Source of the DNA: a phage | Sequence record: PZ513996.1 | Direction: 5' to 3' (one strand) | DNA length: 40,893 nt | Shown here: in pieces, positions 9,493-18,984 of the stretch | Numbering within the stretch: position 1 is the stretch's first letter | Layout: every line of letters begins with the position of its first letter | Made by a program: the position numbers and the translations under genes | Notes under the pieces: model-generated | Database searches by the model: none | Told to the model about the DNA's origin: nothing | What the model saw: the letters and a program-made list of their open reading frames with translations, nothing else

Positions 9493-10485
9493 ATGGCTAA
9501 TACTGCATACACTGGTAACTCAACTAAGCCACATTGGGCTGGCGCGCAGTCTGATACTGACATCCATCTGGAAGTGTATCAATCAGAAGTAGATTCTCGC
9601 TTCGAATACCAAGCGCTGTTCTTGGGCCTGTCCTCTCAGCGTTCTACTCAGAACCAGTCTAACACTTATCGTATTGACCGCCTGAATACTTCTTCAGTTA
9701 AAGGCCGTCAGTCTGGTGAAGCTCTGGCTCCGACTCCGGTTCGTAACGATAAGATGATTATCGTTGTTGATACCGTGCTGTACATCCGTAACCCGATTGA
9801 CTATCAGGATGATTGGACTGCTCCAGACTTCCTTACCGAGATGGGTCAGAACAACGGTTATGAGTTCGCAGAGACCTTTGACCAGGCACACTTGATTCAG
9901 CTGATTAAAGGCCGTACTTGGGTTGCTCCTGAGCATCTGAAACCTGCATTCTCTGATGGTATTGAGATTACTGCCTCTCTGGCTGCTAACCCGGTTGGCG
10001 TAACTGGTCGTGAAGCTAACGCAGTAGCAATCAACGAAGCACACCGTAAAGGTGTTGACGAGCTGATTAAGCGTAAGGTTCCGCTGTCTGACATGGTTAC
10101 TCTGGTATCTACTGAGATTTATTCTCAGTTGCTGGAACACCCGAAACTGTTCGACCGTGAATTTGGTAACAGTAACGATGACGGTTTCAAACAGCGTCGC
10201 GTAGTTGTAATGAACGGTATCCCGGTTGTTGAGGCTGTAGAGTTCCCGGACGCTGGTCCGCATCCGCTGGGTTCTGCTTATACCGTTACTGCTGCTGATG
10301 CAAAGTGCCGTATGGTAACCTTCAGCAAGTCTAAGACTCTGGTAACTGTTGAAGCTCAACCGTTCACCGCCCGTATTTGGGACGATGAACTGAACTTCGC
10401 TAACGTACTGGATTGCTATGCGATGTATACTGTTGGTAACCGTCGTCCAGATACCGCAGCTATCGTTAGCTTCACCACTGCGTAA
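9493..10485 (+). CDS. major capsid protein
   Basis: 330 aa; strongly biased high-expression codon usage (cgt/ctg/ggt/tct); size and position next to scaffold and tail tube genes. Confidence 0.7.
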   Translation: MANTAYTGNSTKPHWAGAQSDTDIHLEVYQSEVDSRFEYQALFLGLSSQRSTQNQSNTYRIDRLNTSSVKGRQSGEALAPTPVRNDKMIIVVDTVLYIRNPIDYQDDWTAPDFLTEMGQNNGYEFAETFDQAHLIQLIKGRTWVAPEHLKPAFSDGIEITASLAANPVGVTGREANAVAINEAHRKGVDELIKRKVPLSDMVTLVSTEIYSQLLEHPKLFDREFGNSNDDGFKQRRVVVMNGIPVVEAVEFPDAGPHPLGSAYTVTAADAKCRMVTFSKSKTLVTVEAQPFTARIWDDELNFANVLDCYAMYTVGNRRPDTAAIVSFTTA

Positions 10486-10581
10486 ATGTGGAAGTACAGT
10501 ACACTCCGTGTGGCTTTCTGCTTAATACTCCCTGCCCACCTCCGGCAACTAAACTTAAACTCTCAATCACTCTATATATAG

Positions 10582-11406
10582 ATGTCAGATGATATTTCAG
10601 CAGTACCAAGCGAAGTTCCAGCAACTATAGTTGTTGAGAATGTCGACGGCCCCAAGATTCCGGGCCCTGGCGCAAACGTTAAGGCACCAAACATGCAAGG
10701 TGTGCCTGAGGTCGCAGTAGCTCCTGCTCCTGCTACGCTTGATATTGAAGCGCTGTCTAAGCTACTTAATAAATCAGAGGCTCCGACTCCTGCTTCAGCT
10801 CAGACTGAATTAGCAGAGACAGGTAATCCAGCAATTGATGCTGGTATTGCTATGCTCAAACAAGTATCTAAACTGAATGACTCGGACATGGTCCGTGCTA
10901 TCGGTAAGGCTATTGAGTATGGTGATGCTAACTTAATTGATAAGGCATTCATCCAAGAACGTTTCGGTGAACATGCTGCATATGCAGAGATGCTAGCTAA
11001 GGCGTATCTGGAAGACCAAGTAGGTCAGGTTCAGAAGGCAGTTAATTCGGCTTATGAAATGGCTGGCGGTAAAGAGCAATGGGATGCAGCGACGCAGGTA
11101 TTTAATGCTAAGGCTCCCGAGCACATCCGTAAGGCTGCACGTGCACTCGCCGATTCAGGCGATATCGCAGGGGCTGCTAAGTTCGTTATCGAGACTTGTC
11201 AAAGCCTCGGCGTAATGGCGACTATTAATCCTAAGTTTCAAGGCGCACCTGGCTCTGCTGGTGCTCTTAGTGCTAAGGCATTCAGCGAAGAATATTCTAA
11301 ACTTCGCAAAGAGGTAGGTAACCGCAGCTTGCAGTCTCAAGCTTTCGCTGGTCGCTACCAAGACCTGTTAGACCGTCGCACTGCTGGTAAGCGTGCTGGG
11401 CTGTAA
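10582..11406 (+). CDS. scaffolding protein
   Basis: 274 aa, acidic, Ala/Pro-rich N-terminus then helical region; sits between capsid and portal. Confidence 0.55.
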   Translation: MSDDISAVPSEVPATIVVENVDGPKIPGPGANVKAPNMQGVPEVAVAPAPATLDIEALSKLLNKSEAPTPASAQTELAETGNPAIDAGIAMLKQVSKLNDSDMVRAIGKAIEYGDANLIDKAFIQERFGEHAAYAEMLAKAYLEDQVGQVQKAVNSAYEMAGGKEQWDAATQVFNAKAPEHIRKAARALADSGDIAGAAKFVIETCQSLGVMATINPKFQGAPGSAGALSAKAFSEEYSKLRKEVGNRSLQSQAFAGRYQDLLDRRTAGKRAGL

Positions 11407-12963
11407 ATGCAAAAGCGTTTAGCAGATTTATTCGTTCGATTGAAGGATGCATCTACACTAGACGCTGCTGAGCAATACGCTCGCTGGACACTTCCTAACG
11501 TATTCACTAAGGATATTACAGCGAGTGACGGTAAGCGTACTTCTCTGGTGCATGACTATCAGAGTACTGGTGCGCTGCTTGTCAACTCAGCAGCTACTAA
11601 GATTGTAGATGCATTGTTTCCACAAGGCAGTCCATTCTTTAGATTCGCGGCATCCGCTGACCTTACAGGGATTGTTGACCAATTAGGTCTGCAAGGTCCG
11701 GTCTTCTCAGCTCAGGCTGAAATGGAAGCTGTAGCATCTAGTATCGTATTCACTAAAGGTGGGTATGCTGCAAAGCTACGCGCTATTAAACTATTACTCG
11801 TAACTGGCAATGCTCTGGAATACTTCGACTCCGAAACTGAACGTTCTTACGTATACAGCGTGCGCGATTATGCTACTAAGCGTGATGGAGCCGGTAACGT
11901 ACTGACTACAATCCTACGTGAACGTATCAGCGTTGCGGATATCCCAGATGATATCCGACGAGCTCACTTCTCCAATAAGGAGATGTACGATGATGTGCGC
12001 TTATTTACTGGAATTATGCGTGAGCGTCGTGAGCTTGGTTATGTATATAAAGTATATCAGGAAGTCGAAACCTACCCTGTAGGTGAGCCTAGCTATTATC
12101 CTGAGGACCAATGTCCGTACGTAGTACTGGCATGGAACCTTGTTAATGGTGAGCACTACGGTCGTAGCCTCGTTGAGGATTACGCTGGTGACTTCGCCCG
12201 TTTATCTGTACTTTCCCGTAGCTTAACCTTGTATGAGGTGGAAGCAGCGAGAGTAGTTAACATGGTTAGCTCAGCTTCTGGTGTAGATATTGATGCATTG
12301 CAAGATGCAGAGACAGGTGAGTTCGTACAGACTAACCAGCCCGCAGGTACCAGTTCTGGAGTATGGTCCCATGAAGGTGGGAACGCTCAGAAGATTGCCG
12401 CGCTACAAGCTGAGATTAGCACTATCGAGCAGAAGCTATCCCGTGCATTCATGTACGGCGGTAACACTCGTCAAGGTGAGCGTGTAACTGCTTATGAGAT
12501 TCGTCAGAATGCTCAAGAAGCACAATCAGCCTTAGGTGACGCTTACTCTACACTTGCAGATAATTGGCTTCGTAAACTCGCGTACCTGTACGTTCTTAAT
12601 AAGTATCCTGAGATTCGACCTATGTTCGAGCTCGGTGCATTGGAGCTGGATGTAACGGTAGGGACCGCTAGCTTGTACAAGTCAGCCCAGGCTGATAGAC
12701 TACTTGAAGCAGTACAGAGTCTTCAATTAATTGTACCAGTACTGCAACAGGCAACTGTACGTACTAACGTTGATGCTTTGATTGACAGTGTAATGGATAG
12801 CTTCGGCATTCAGAGCAGTGCCTTCTTCTATAGTGAAGAGGAATTGCAAGCACGCCAGCAAGCAGAGCAAGCACAGCAGCAGCAGGACCAGCAGCAGCAG
12901 CAATCATTATTGCAAGTTACTGACCCGACTGTAGCAGGTCAACAATTAGGTTTAATTCAATAA
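11407..12963 (+). CDS. portal (head-tail connector) protein, T7 gp8-like
   Basis: 518 aa; NGEHYGRSLVEDYAGDF and TRQGERVTAYEIRQNA match T7 gp8 DGESYGRSYIEEYLGDL and QRTGERVTAEEIRYVA. Confidence 0.85.
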   Translation: MQKRLADLFVRLKDASTLDAAEQYARWTLPNVFTKDITASDGKRTSLVHDYQSTGALLVNSAATKIVDALFPQGSPFFRFAASADLTGIVDQLGLQGPVFSAQAEMEAVASSIVFTKGGYAAKLRAIKLLLVTGNALEYFDSETERSYVYSVRDYATKRDGAGNVLTTILRERISVADIPDDIRRAHFSNKEMYDDVRLFTGIMRERRELGYVYKVYQEVETYPVGEPSYYPEDQCPYVVLAWNLVNGEHYGRSLVEDYAGDFARLSVLSRSLTLYEVEAARVVNMVSSASGVDIDALQDAETGEFVQTNQPAGTSSGVWSHEGGNAQKIAALQAEISTIEQKLSRAFMYGGNTRQGERVTAYEIRQNAQEAQSALGDAYSTLADNWLRKLAYLYVLNKYPEIRPMFELGALELDVTVGTASLYKSAQADRLLEAVQSLQLIVPVLQQATVRTNVDALIDSVMDSFGIQSSAFFYSEEELQARQQAEQAQQQQDQQQQQSLLQVTDPTVAGQQLGLIQ

Positions 12964-13194
12964 GTGACTGACCTTGTTGGACTGACTGACACTGCGGCAC
13001 TGGAAGCGCAGCAGAAAGCAGCTGAACAACAGCGGCAAGCCATCGCGGCACAGGCTGCATTAGATAACGATGCTTCTGGTGAGAACCTGACTCAGGTAGA
13101 TTCAGGCGGCGCAGCCTCTGCATCTGCAACTGCAATTACCTCAGACCAGAAGCGACGTCGTCAAGGCGCAGCATCGTCTGCACTTGGGATTTAA
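12964..13194 (+). CDS. hypothetical protein
   Basis: 76 aa, GTG start, Ala/Gln-rich. Confidence 0.3.
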   Translation: MTDLVGLTDTAALEAQQKAAEQQRQAIAAQAALDNDASGENLTQVDSGGAASASATAITSDQKRRRQGAASSALGI

Positions 13195-13623
13195 ATGAGC
13201 AAACAAAACAACACTCTCTACAACACTAGATTATACAATTGGAATACTTCCAGTGATTACATAATCAAGATTGTAAAACAGCTTCATATCTGGGGCATTG
13301 GCATTAAGCTAGGTATGGACGAGGAAGAGCACTTCCAGAAGGTTGTCCAGGAGATACAAGGGCACAGTGTCTTAGCTGTGTTCAGTGGAGATGAGTTGGT
13401 AGGTGGGGTAAGTATCCTGCCTGAATTACTAGAGAATTCACATTACCCTGGGAAGAGTATGGTTACGGGCTTCTTGGTAGTTGAGCCTTATCATCCCCAG
13501 GCAGTTGCTACACTCTACAGGAATTTAAAACGTATTGTTCGAGAGAACGGTGCAGACTGGTTAATACTCACCCGTGCGGTGTCGGATAAGGACTATCTTC
13601 AGCGCGGAATCAAACTCAACTAA
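13195..13623 (+). CDS. hypothetical protein
   Basis: 142 aa ORF directly upstream of the RNA polymerase; no confident motif. Confidence 0.3.
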   Translation: MSKQNNTLYNTRLYNWNTSSDYIIKIVKQLHIWGIGIKLGMDEEEHFQKVVQEIQGHSVLAVFSGDELVGGVSILPELLENSHYPGKSMVTGFLVVEPYHPQAVATLYRNLKRIVRENGADWLILTRAVSDKDYLQRGIKLN

Positions 13624-16074
13624 ATGCAACACGAAACATTAGAACAGAAAGTAGAACGCCAGTTACAGCTAGAGAAAGATTACCGCACTCGTAGCCTGAA
13701 CAAGTCGCGTGAGCTGGTGCAGAAGGCACTGGCAGCAGGTAACTTAAGCAGCCTGCCTAAGGTAAGTCGCATGATTGCAGCAGCCTATGATACTGTTGCT
13801 CAAGGCATTGACGAGATGAAGGCACAGAAGACCGCAGGCGTCGGCGGTAAGTACCGCAGCATTATCCGTCTGGTCCCTACTGACGTTCTCGCTGTAATGG
13901 CACTCACTAAATGCATTGACTCCCTCTTCCTTAAAGAGTCTGGTGGAAGCCGTACATCTGCACAAGCTTTGCTGGCTAGCCTAGGGCGCCAGGTTCAAGC
14001 CGAGGTCCTTAGCATACAGTTAGAAGTAGTTGCACCCGCATATATGAATCGTGTATTTGAGTACTTGAAAGAACGTAACACTACAAGTCAGTCGCATATT
14101 ATGAAGACCTTACGTGCTTCAGCAGAGAATGTGCACTACGGGCATGAACCTTGGTCCGCTTCTCAGTGTGTAGCAGTAGGTAAATTAATCCTACAACCTG
14201 TGTGGGAAACAGGCCTGTTCACGTGGGATAAGAGCACTGACGCAACCCAGCTACAATACTTGGCACCGTCTGAAGTATTAGCTGAGGTACTAGGCGATTT
14301 AGTACTGGACGCAGATACCGTAGAGATTAAACCCCCAATGATTGTACCTCCGCAGAAGCATGTAGACATGTTCTCAGGTGGATACCTTCTAAGCAGCACT
14401 TGCAAGCGCGGTACTTACCATAATCACCAGATTACTCGTGCAATGAAACGTGAAGTAGCAGAGGCATTCAAGCAGGCAGAGGGACTGAAGGATATGCTGA
14501 ACAAGGCGCAGGAAGTGCCTTACGTTATCAACAAGGAAGTACTTAATCTGCTTAACCAAGCACGTCGTGAAGGTGTAACGACAGGTATGCCTAGTTCCTA
14601 CCCAGCCCCTAAACCTGAGTGGTATCTGGACGGTGTACCTAAAGAGGATTACACCGAGCGCCAGATGGATGACTTCCAGACTTGGAAGATGAATATGCGT
14701 AACTGGTACATCCAAGAGCGTACTCGCGTAAGTAAGTTGCGTTCCATGGTGACACTGGTTCAACTCTGCGAGGAGTTTAAGGATGAGAAAGAACTGTACT
14801 TCCCAACCTGCGTTGACTGGCGCTACCGCCTGTACTTCAAATCAAGCCTGCACCCTCAGGGTCCTGACATGCAGAAAGCTTTGCTCTCCTTCAGTCGGGC
14901 AAAGCCTCTGGGAGAGCGGGGTTTGTTTTGGCTCAAGGTACACGTCGCTACCTGCTATGGTTATGATAAAGCCTTATTCGAAAAGCGTGCAGCTTGGACT
15001 GATGCTAATATCGAGCAGATTCGACTTGTCGCATCAAATCCGTTTAATGCAGAAGCTTTCAGGAGTGCAGACAGCCCGTGGTGTTTTCTGGCAGCCTGCA
15101 TCGACCTCGTTGCTGCTATTGACTCGGGCAGCCCGGAAACATACGAATCACGCATTCCGGTGGCTATGGATGCAACCAACTCGGGGCAGCAGCACTTCGC
15201 CGCGTTACTGCGTGACTCAGTAGGTGGTCGTTTAGTTAACCTGTTCTGGGAGGGTAACGAAGAGAAAGCAGATATGTACATGGACGTTAAGCGCCGTACT
15301 GATGCTAAGGTCATCATGGACCTGGACAATCCTGACTTCGTAGTGCAGGCTAACTACTGGCGTGGGAACGAGATTACCCGCAGCATGGCTAAACGTCCAT
15401 GCATGACACACGTATACTCGGCTACTGTGCGCTCTTGCTCAGAGTACATCCTTCAGTCTGCACAGGAAGAAGGTTACGAAGGGACGGAAGAGTACAGCCT
15501 GTTCAAGCTGGCAGGATATCTGAGTACTCGCATGAAGGCAGCAGTAGAGGACGCTAACCCAGCAGCTACTGAGGCGATGAAATATGTACAGTCACTGTGC
15601 TATCGTGTACCAGCAGCCAACCACCTTCAATGGAAGACTCCGTTAGGCGGGCTGGTTATCAACCGATACACTGAATCAGAAGAGACTAAGGTTTCTGTTA
15701 AGAGCATGAACCTGACACACCTGCTGGTGTACAACCGTAACTACAATGTAAACAACAAGCGTAAGGCTAAGTCAGGCATCTCCCCTAATTGGGTGCACAG
15801 CTTAGACGCTACTCACTTAGGTATGACTATCTCTGCATTCTCAGGAGACATTATGCCTATCCACGACTCGGTAGCTACTCACGCTTGCGATGTAGATGAA
15901 ATGCATTCTGCTATCCGCGAACAGTTCCTACGTCTGTACACAGAGCATGACGTACTTCAGGAGATTACTGATGCGGCAGTAGCTTGTGGGGCAGACTTAG
16001 AAGGGCTGGAGTTACCAGCTAAAGGTTCTTTGGACCTTAAGCAGGTACTGGGTAGCAGATTCTTTTTCTGTTAG
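13624..16074 (+). CDS. single-subunit DNA-directed RNA polymerase (T7 RNAP family)
   Basis: 816 aa; AMDATNSGQQHFAALLRD (cf. T7 DGSCSGIQHFSAML) and PIHDSVAT (cf. T7 HDSFGT) catalytic motifs. Confidence 0.85.
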   Translation: MQHETLEQKVERQLQLEKDYRTRSLNKSRELVQKALAAGNLSSLPKVSRMIAAAYDTVAQGIDEMKAQKTAGVGGKYRSIIRLVPTDVLAVMALTKCIDSLFLKESGGSRTSAQALLASLGRQVQAEVLSIQLEVVAPAYMNRVFEYLKERNTTSQSHIMKTLRASAENVHYGHEPWSASQCVAVGKLILQPVWETGLFTWDKSTDATQLQYLAPSEVLAEVLGDLVLDADTVEIKPPMIVPPQKHVDMFSGGYLLSSTCKRGTYHNHQITRAMKREVAEAFKQAEGLKDMLNKAQEVPYVINKEVLNLLNQARREGVTTGMPSSYPAPKPEWYLDGVPKEDYTERQMDDFQTWKMNMRNWYIQERTRVSKLRSMVTLVQLCEEFKDEKELYFPTCVDWRYRLYFKSSLHPQGPDMQKALLSFSRAKPLGERGLFWLKVHVATCYGYDKALFEKRAAWTDANIEQIRLVASNPFNAEAFRSADSPWCFLAACIDLVAAIDSGSPETYESRIPVAMDATNSGQQHFAALLRDSVGGRLVNLFWEGNEEKADMYMDVKRRTDAKVIMDLDNPDFVVQANYWRGNEITRSMAKRPCMTHVYSATVRSCSEYILQSAQEEGYEGTEEYSLFKLAGYLSTRMKAAVEDANPAATEAMKYVQSLCYRVPAANHLQWKTPLGGLVINRYTESEETKVSVKSMNLTHLLVYNRNYNVNNKRKAKSGISPNWVHSLDATHLGMTISAFSGDIMPIHDSVATHACDVDEMHSAIREQFLRLYTEHDVLQEITDAAVACGADLEGLELPAKGSLDLKQVLGSRFFFC

Positions 16075-16755
16075 ATGGGTAAAGTTGTATGGTCTTTATT
16101 TGACGGTTCAGGGTATGCTGTTCTTCCCTTCGCTGAGGCCGGTTACAAGTGCTACTGCTTTAACTCTGACGATGCCGACCACGGGCCTTATAGTGGTATT
16201 AAGGTTAAGCACCTTAATATTACATACGTTAACGTGTGGTTAGATAGTTCATTTGATTTTGAAGAGACGCCTGATTTAATACTCGCATTCCCTCCATGTA
16301 CTGACTTAGCAGTAAGCGGCGCCGCGCACTTTGCAGCTAAGATAGCTAAAGACCCAGAGGTACAGAACAAGGCAGTAGCTACGGCTAAGCTAGCTGCTAT
16401 CTTAGGGGATAAGTACGCTGTACCTTACATGATTGAGAATCCAGTAAGTGTACTGAGTAGTAAGTGGCGTAAGCCGGACTACTCCTTTCACCCATACCAG
16501 TATGGCGGCTATTTGGATACTGACGACAGTCATCCTGAGTTCCCAGACTATATAAAGCCACGGGACGCTTATCCTAAGAAGACGTGCTTATGGGTAGGTA
16601 ATGGTTTTAATATACCTGAAGTTAAACCTGTAGAAGTGGAAGCAGGGTACAGCGCCCAACATAGTAAACTGGGCGGTAAATCTGTTAAGACTAAAGTAAT
16701 TCGCTCATTAACTCCAAGAGGGTTTGCTAAGGCAGTGTTCCTAGCAAACCAGTAA
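16075..16755 (+). CDS. putative small C5-cytosine methyltransferase-like protein
   Basis: 226 aa; LFDGSGY (motif I-like FxGxG), FPPC (motif IV PC-like), IENP (motif VI ENV-like) with spacing as in C5-MTases; no obvious target-recognition domain. Confidence 0.4.
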   Translation: MGKVVWSLFDGSGYAVLPFAEAGYKCYCFNSDDADHGPYSGIKVKHLNITYVNVWLDSSFDFEETPDLILAFPPCTDLAVSGAAHFAAKIAKDPEVQNKAVATAKLAAILGDKYAVPYMIENPVSVLSSKWRKPDYSFHPYQYGGYLDTDDSHPEFPDYIKPRDAYPKKTCLWVGNGFNIPEVKPVEVEAGYSAQHSKLGGKSVKTKVIRSLTPRGFAKAVFLANQ

Positions 16756-16854
16756 ATGCAGAAGTGGTCAGAGGCTGTTGAGCGTGGAGACACGGCAGCA
16801 GCTAAGGATTACGAAGAGCTTTATCAGATTTGGAAGGGACGCGAGTCCAAGTGA
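16756..16854 (+). CDS. hypothetical small protein
   Basis: 32 aa ORF tiled between neighbours. Confidence 0.2.
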   Translation: MQKWSEAVERGDTAAAKDYEELYQIWKGRESK

Positions 16855-17031
16855 ATGCATAAACCAAACAAGATTATTGCAGTAATTGAGATTGACAGTA
16901 CTGACTTAGACTATGCAGAGCAGTTCATGCAGGACCTGTTCTGGGCTGGGCAGCAAGCTGGCATAGTAGAGCATGATTACGACTTCTACCTAATGGAAGG
17001 TACAGAGTCTACAGGGGAAGTATTACATTGA
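16855..17031 (+). CDS. hypothetical small protein (paralog of 17680..17862)
   Basis: 58 aa; shares M-x-KPNKI...LFW...DY-x-(F/Y) pattern with the 60-aa ORF at 17680. Confidence 0.3.
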   Translation: MHKPNKIIAVIEIDSTDLDYAEQFMQDLFWAGQQAGIVEHDYDFYLMEGTESTGEVLH

Positions 17032-17253
17032 ATGACTGATATGGTAAATCACCCATCACACTATGCTGATGGCAGCATTGAGTGCATTGAAGCTATTGAA
17101 GCTAGTATGACCGAGGAAGCCTTCTGTGGATACTTGAAAGGGAATGCACAGAAATACTTCTGGCGCTATGAGAAGAAGATTAATCCGGTGGAAGACCTGA
17201 AGAAGGCACGCTGGTACACTGACCGACTGATTGAGGTACTTGAGAATGCATAA
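17032..17253 (+). CDS. hypothetical protein, possibly DUF3310-like
   Basis: 73 aa; N-terminal VNHPSHY...G..ECI motif recalled as typical of a small phage protein family; from memory, unverified. Confidence 0.3.
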   Translation: MTDMVNHPSHYADGSIECIEAIEASMTEEAFCGYLKGNAQKYFWRYEKKINPVEDLKKARWYTDRLIEVLENA

Positions 17254-17679
17254 ATGGCCTTAAGGAAGGTTACACGAGCACAGCTTCGTACCATTACTAT
17301 GAAGCTTGCTAAGGAGCAGGGTGGCAATTGCCTACTCTGCGGTAAGCCGCTAGATTTCTCAATTAAGGGGGCTAAAGGTGACAGTGTTGTATGTGACCAT
17401 GACCATAATAATGGGCGTATACGTGGTGCATTGCATAGGTCATGCAATGGGGGTGAGGGGAAAGTGGCGTCCGCTTGTGGTAGGTGGATTGTTGGCAGCA
17501 TGGGTAGTAGTGCTGCTATCGCCAATGCTTTACGCAATATGGCAGATTACTTAGACCGTGAACCCACCAATTATATTTACCCTACACATAAGACCGAAGA
17601 AGAGAAACGTCTAGCAGCTAACGCTAAGACACGTAAGCAACGCGCAGTTAAACGCGCAGCACGGGAGATTAAGAAATGA
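17254..17679 (+). CDS. endonuclease VII-like Holliday junction resolvase (HNH-type)
   Basis: 141 aa; CLLCGKP...CDHDHNNGRIRGALHRSCN matches the T4 endonuclease VII zinc/HNH signature. Confidence 0.7.
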   Translation: MALRKVTRAQLRTITMKLAKEQGGNCLLCGKPLDFSIKGAKGDSVVCDHDHNNGRIRGALHRSCNGGEGKVASACGRWIVGSMGSSAAIANALRNMADYLDREPTNYIYPTHKTEEEKRLAANAKTRKQRAVKRAAREIKK

Positions 17680-17862
17680 GTGGTAAAGCCTAATAAGATA
17701 CGTGTAGTTAAGGTCACTTCATTAAAGCGCGTTTACTACGCTATAGAGGTAAAGGCACTGTTTTGGTGGTTTAGATACAATGATTACGAATACGTTACTC
17801 TCGAACAAGCACTTAGGGTAATCCAGTATAAACGTTGCGTTAAGGAGCAGGTATGGCCTTAA
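17680..17862 (+). CDS. hypothetical small protein (paralog of 16855..17031)
   Basis: 60 aa, GTG start; MVKPNKI...ALFWW...DYEY pattern. Confidence 0.3.
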   Translation: MVKPNKIRVVKVTSLKRVYYAIEVKALFWWFRYNDYEYVTLEQALRVIQYKRCVKEQVWP

Positions 17863-17887
17863 ATGGCGACTTTCAACGCAGCAGTAG
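17863..17887 (+). repeat. 25-nt duplicate (atggcgactttcaacgcagcagtag) of 18960..18984
   Basis: read directly; start of the 64-aa ORF equals the 3' end of the exonuclease gene. Confidence 0.85.
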
Positions 17888-18057
17888 AAGCAGTAATTGA
17901 ACTGTACTTCCAAGAGAACTTCGCAGAGATGGAAGACAAGCTGGCTGAGCTGTACAAGCAAGACCCTGCATTGTATAAGCAGGCGCAGGTACAGCTTGAA
18001 GACTTGATTGCAGAGCAGCACTATTTAGATGAAGGCGAGGAGTTGAACCTGTGGTAA
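17863..18057 (+). CDS. hypothetical acidic protein
   Basis: 64 aa; first 25 nt duplicated at the 3' end of the exonuclease gene (18960..18984), indicating a native overlap. Confidence 0.35.
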   Translation: MATFNAAVEAVIELYFQENFAEMEDKLAELYKQDPALYKQAQVQLEDLIAEQHYLDEGEELNLW

Positions 18058-18984
18058 ATGCTGATTAACTTTAAAGGCATTAACTTAGATGAGTTAGGCG
18101 CTCAGTTAGAGACGCCTGCTCCTTCAGATACTGTGCTGCTGCTTGATGCAGACCAAGCAGTGTACAAGGCAGCCAGTACAGTGAAGCGCTTAGATACAGC
18201 TATCCGGCGCTTCTATCAACTGGTTCTGGAAGATAAGTTCTACACGAACGCTAAGGAAGTACGCGCCTACATTACTCCTTCTGATAACTTTAAGTGCGGC
18301 AGGTTCCTCCTGCCTACCGTCAAGCCTTACCAAGGTCAGCGTGCAACTAGAGCAGAGATACCGCTGAAGGCGCCGCTTAAGGCACACCTCATAGCTAACC
18401 CGAATGAGTATGCTCAGCAAGGGATTGAGATTATCTTCGACTACCAGCAGGAGGCCGATGACCTTATCATTACCGATAGTATCCTGTTTGGTGAGCGTGG
18501 CTTAGTAAGCAGCTTCGATAAGGATATGAACCTCTGCCGAGGTCCTAAGTGGAACCCTGAGCTAGGTACTGTAGATGCGATTGATGATGCTTACGGCTGG
18601 ATTGAGTACGATAAATCCAGAGGTAAGGTAGTCGGTCATGGTTTAGCTTTCATGTTCGCCCAGATGCTAATGGGTGACGCTGCTGACCACGTTGCTGGAC
18701 TTACTAAGTACAAGGGAAAGAACATAGGCCCAGCTGGTGCGTATGAGTTCCTAGAGGATTGCAGTACGGAGAAGGGAGCGGCTAACAAAGTAGTCGCGGC
18801 CTACGCAGAGATTAACCAGAACTTCCTAGCTGAGATGGAATGCTTGTTCCTTCGTCGCAGTCCAGATGACTCGGCATTCAGTTATATACACCCCCTACTG
18901 GAGGGCGACCTCCAGAAATGGGCGGAAGCCTTGCATCAATACAACGAGGAATACAAGGCATGGCGACTTTCAACGCAGCAGTAG
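18058..18984 (+). CDS. 5'-3' exonuclease (T7 gp6-like, FEN family)
   Basis: 308 aa; N-terminal LLLDADQAVYKA and SFDKDMN (cf. T7 gp6 CDKDF) motifs. Confidence 0.75.
   Translation: MLINFKGINLDELGAQLETPAPSDTVLLLDADQAVYKAASTVKRLDTAIRRFYQLVLEDKFYTNAKEVRAYITPSDNFKCGRFLLPTVKPYQGQRATRAEIPLKAPLKAHLIANPNEYAQQGIEIIFDYQQEADDLIITDSILFGERGLVSSFDKDMNLCRGPKWNPELGTVDAIDDAYGWIEYDKSRGKVVGHGLAFMFAQMLMGDAADHVAGLTKYKGKNIGPAGAYEFLEDCSTEKGAANKVVAAYAEINQNFLAEMECLFLRRSPDDSAFSYIHPLLEGDLQKWAEALHQYNEEYKAWRLSTQQ

Noticed and set aside
12850-12960. Gln-rich tail of the portal protein
   Set aside because: Low-complexity C-terminal tails are common in portal proteins.
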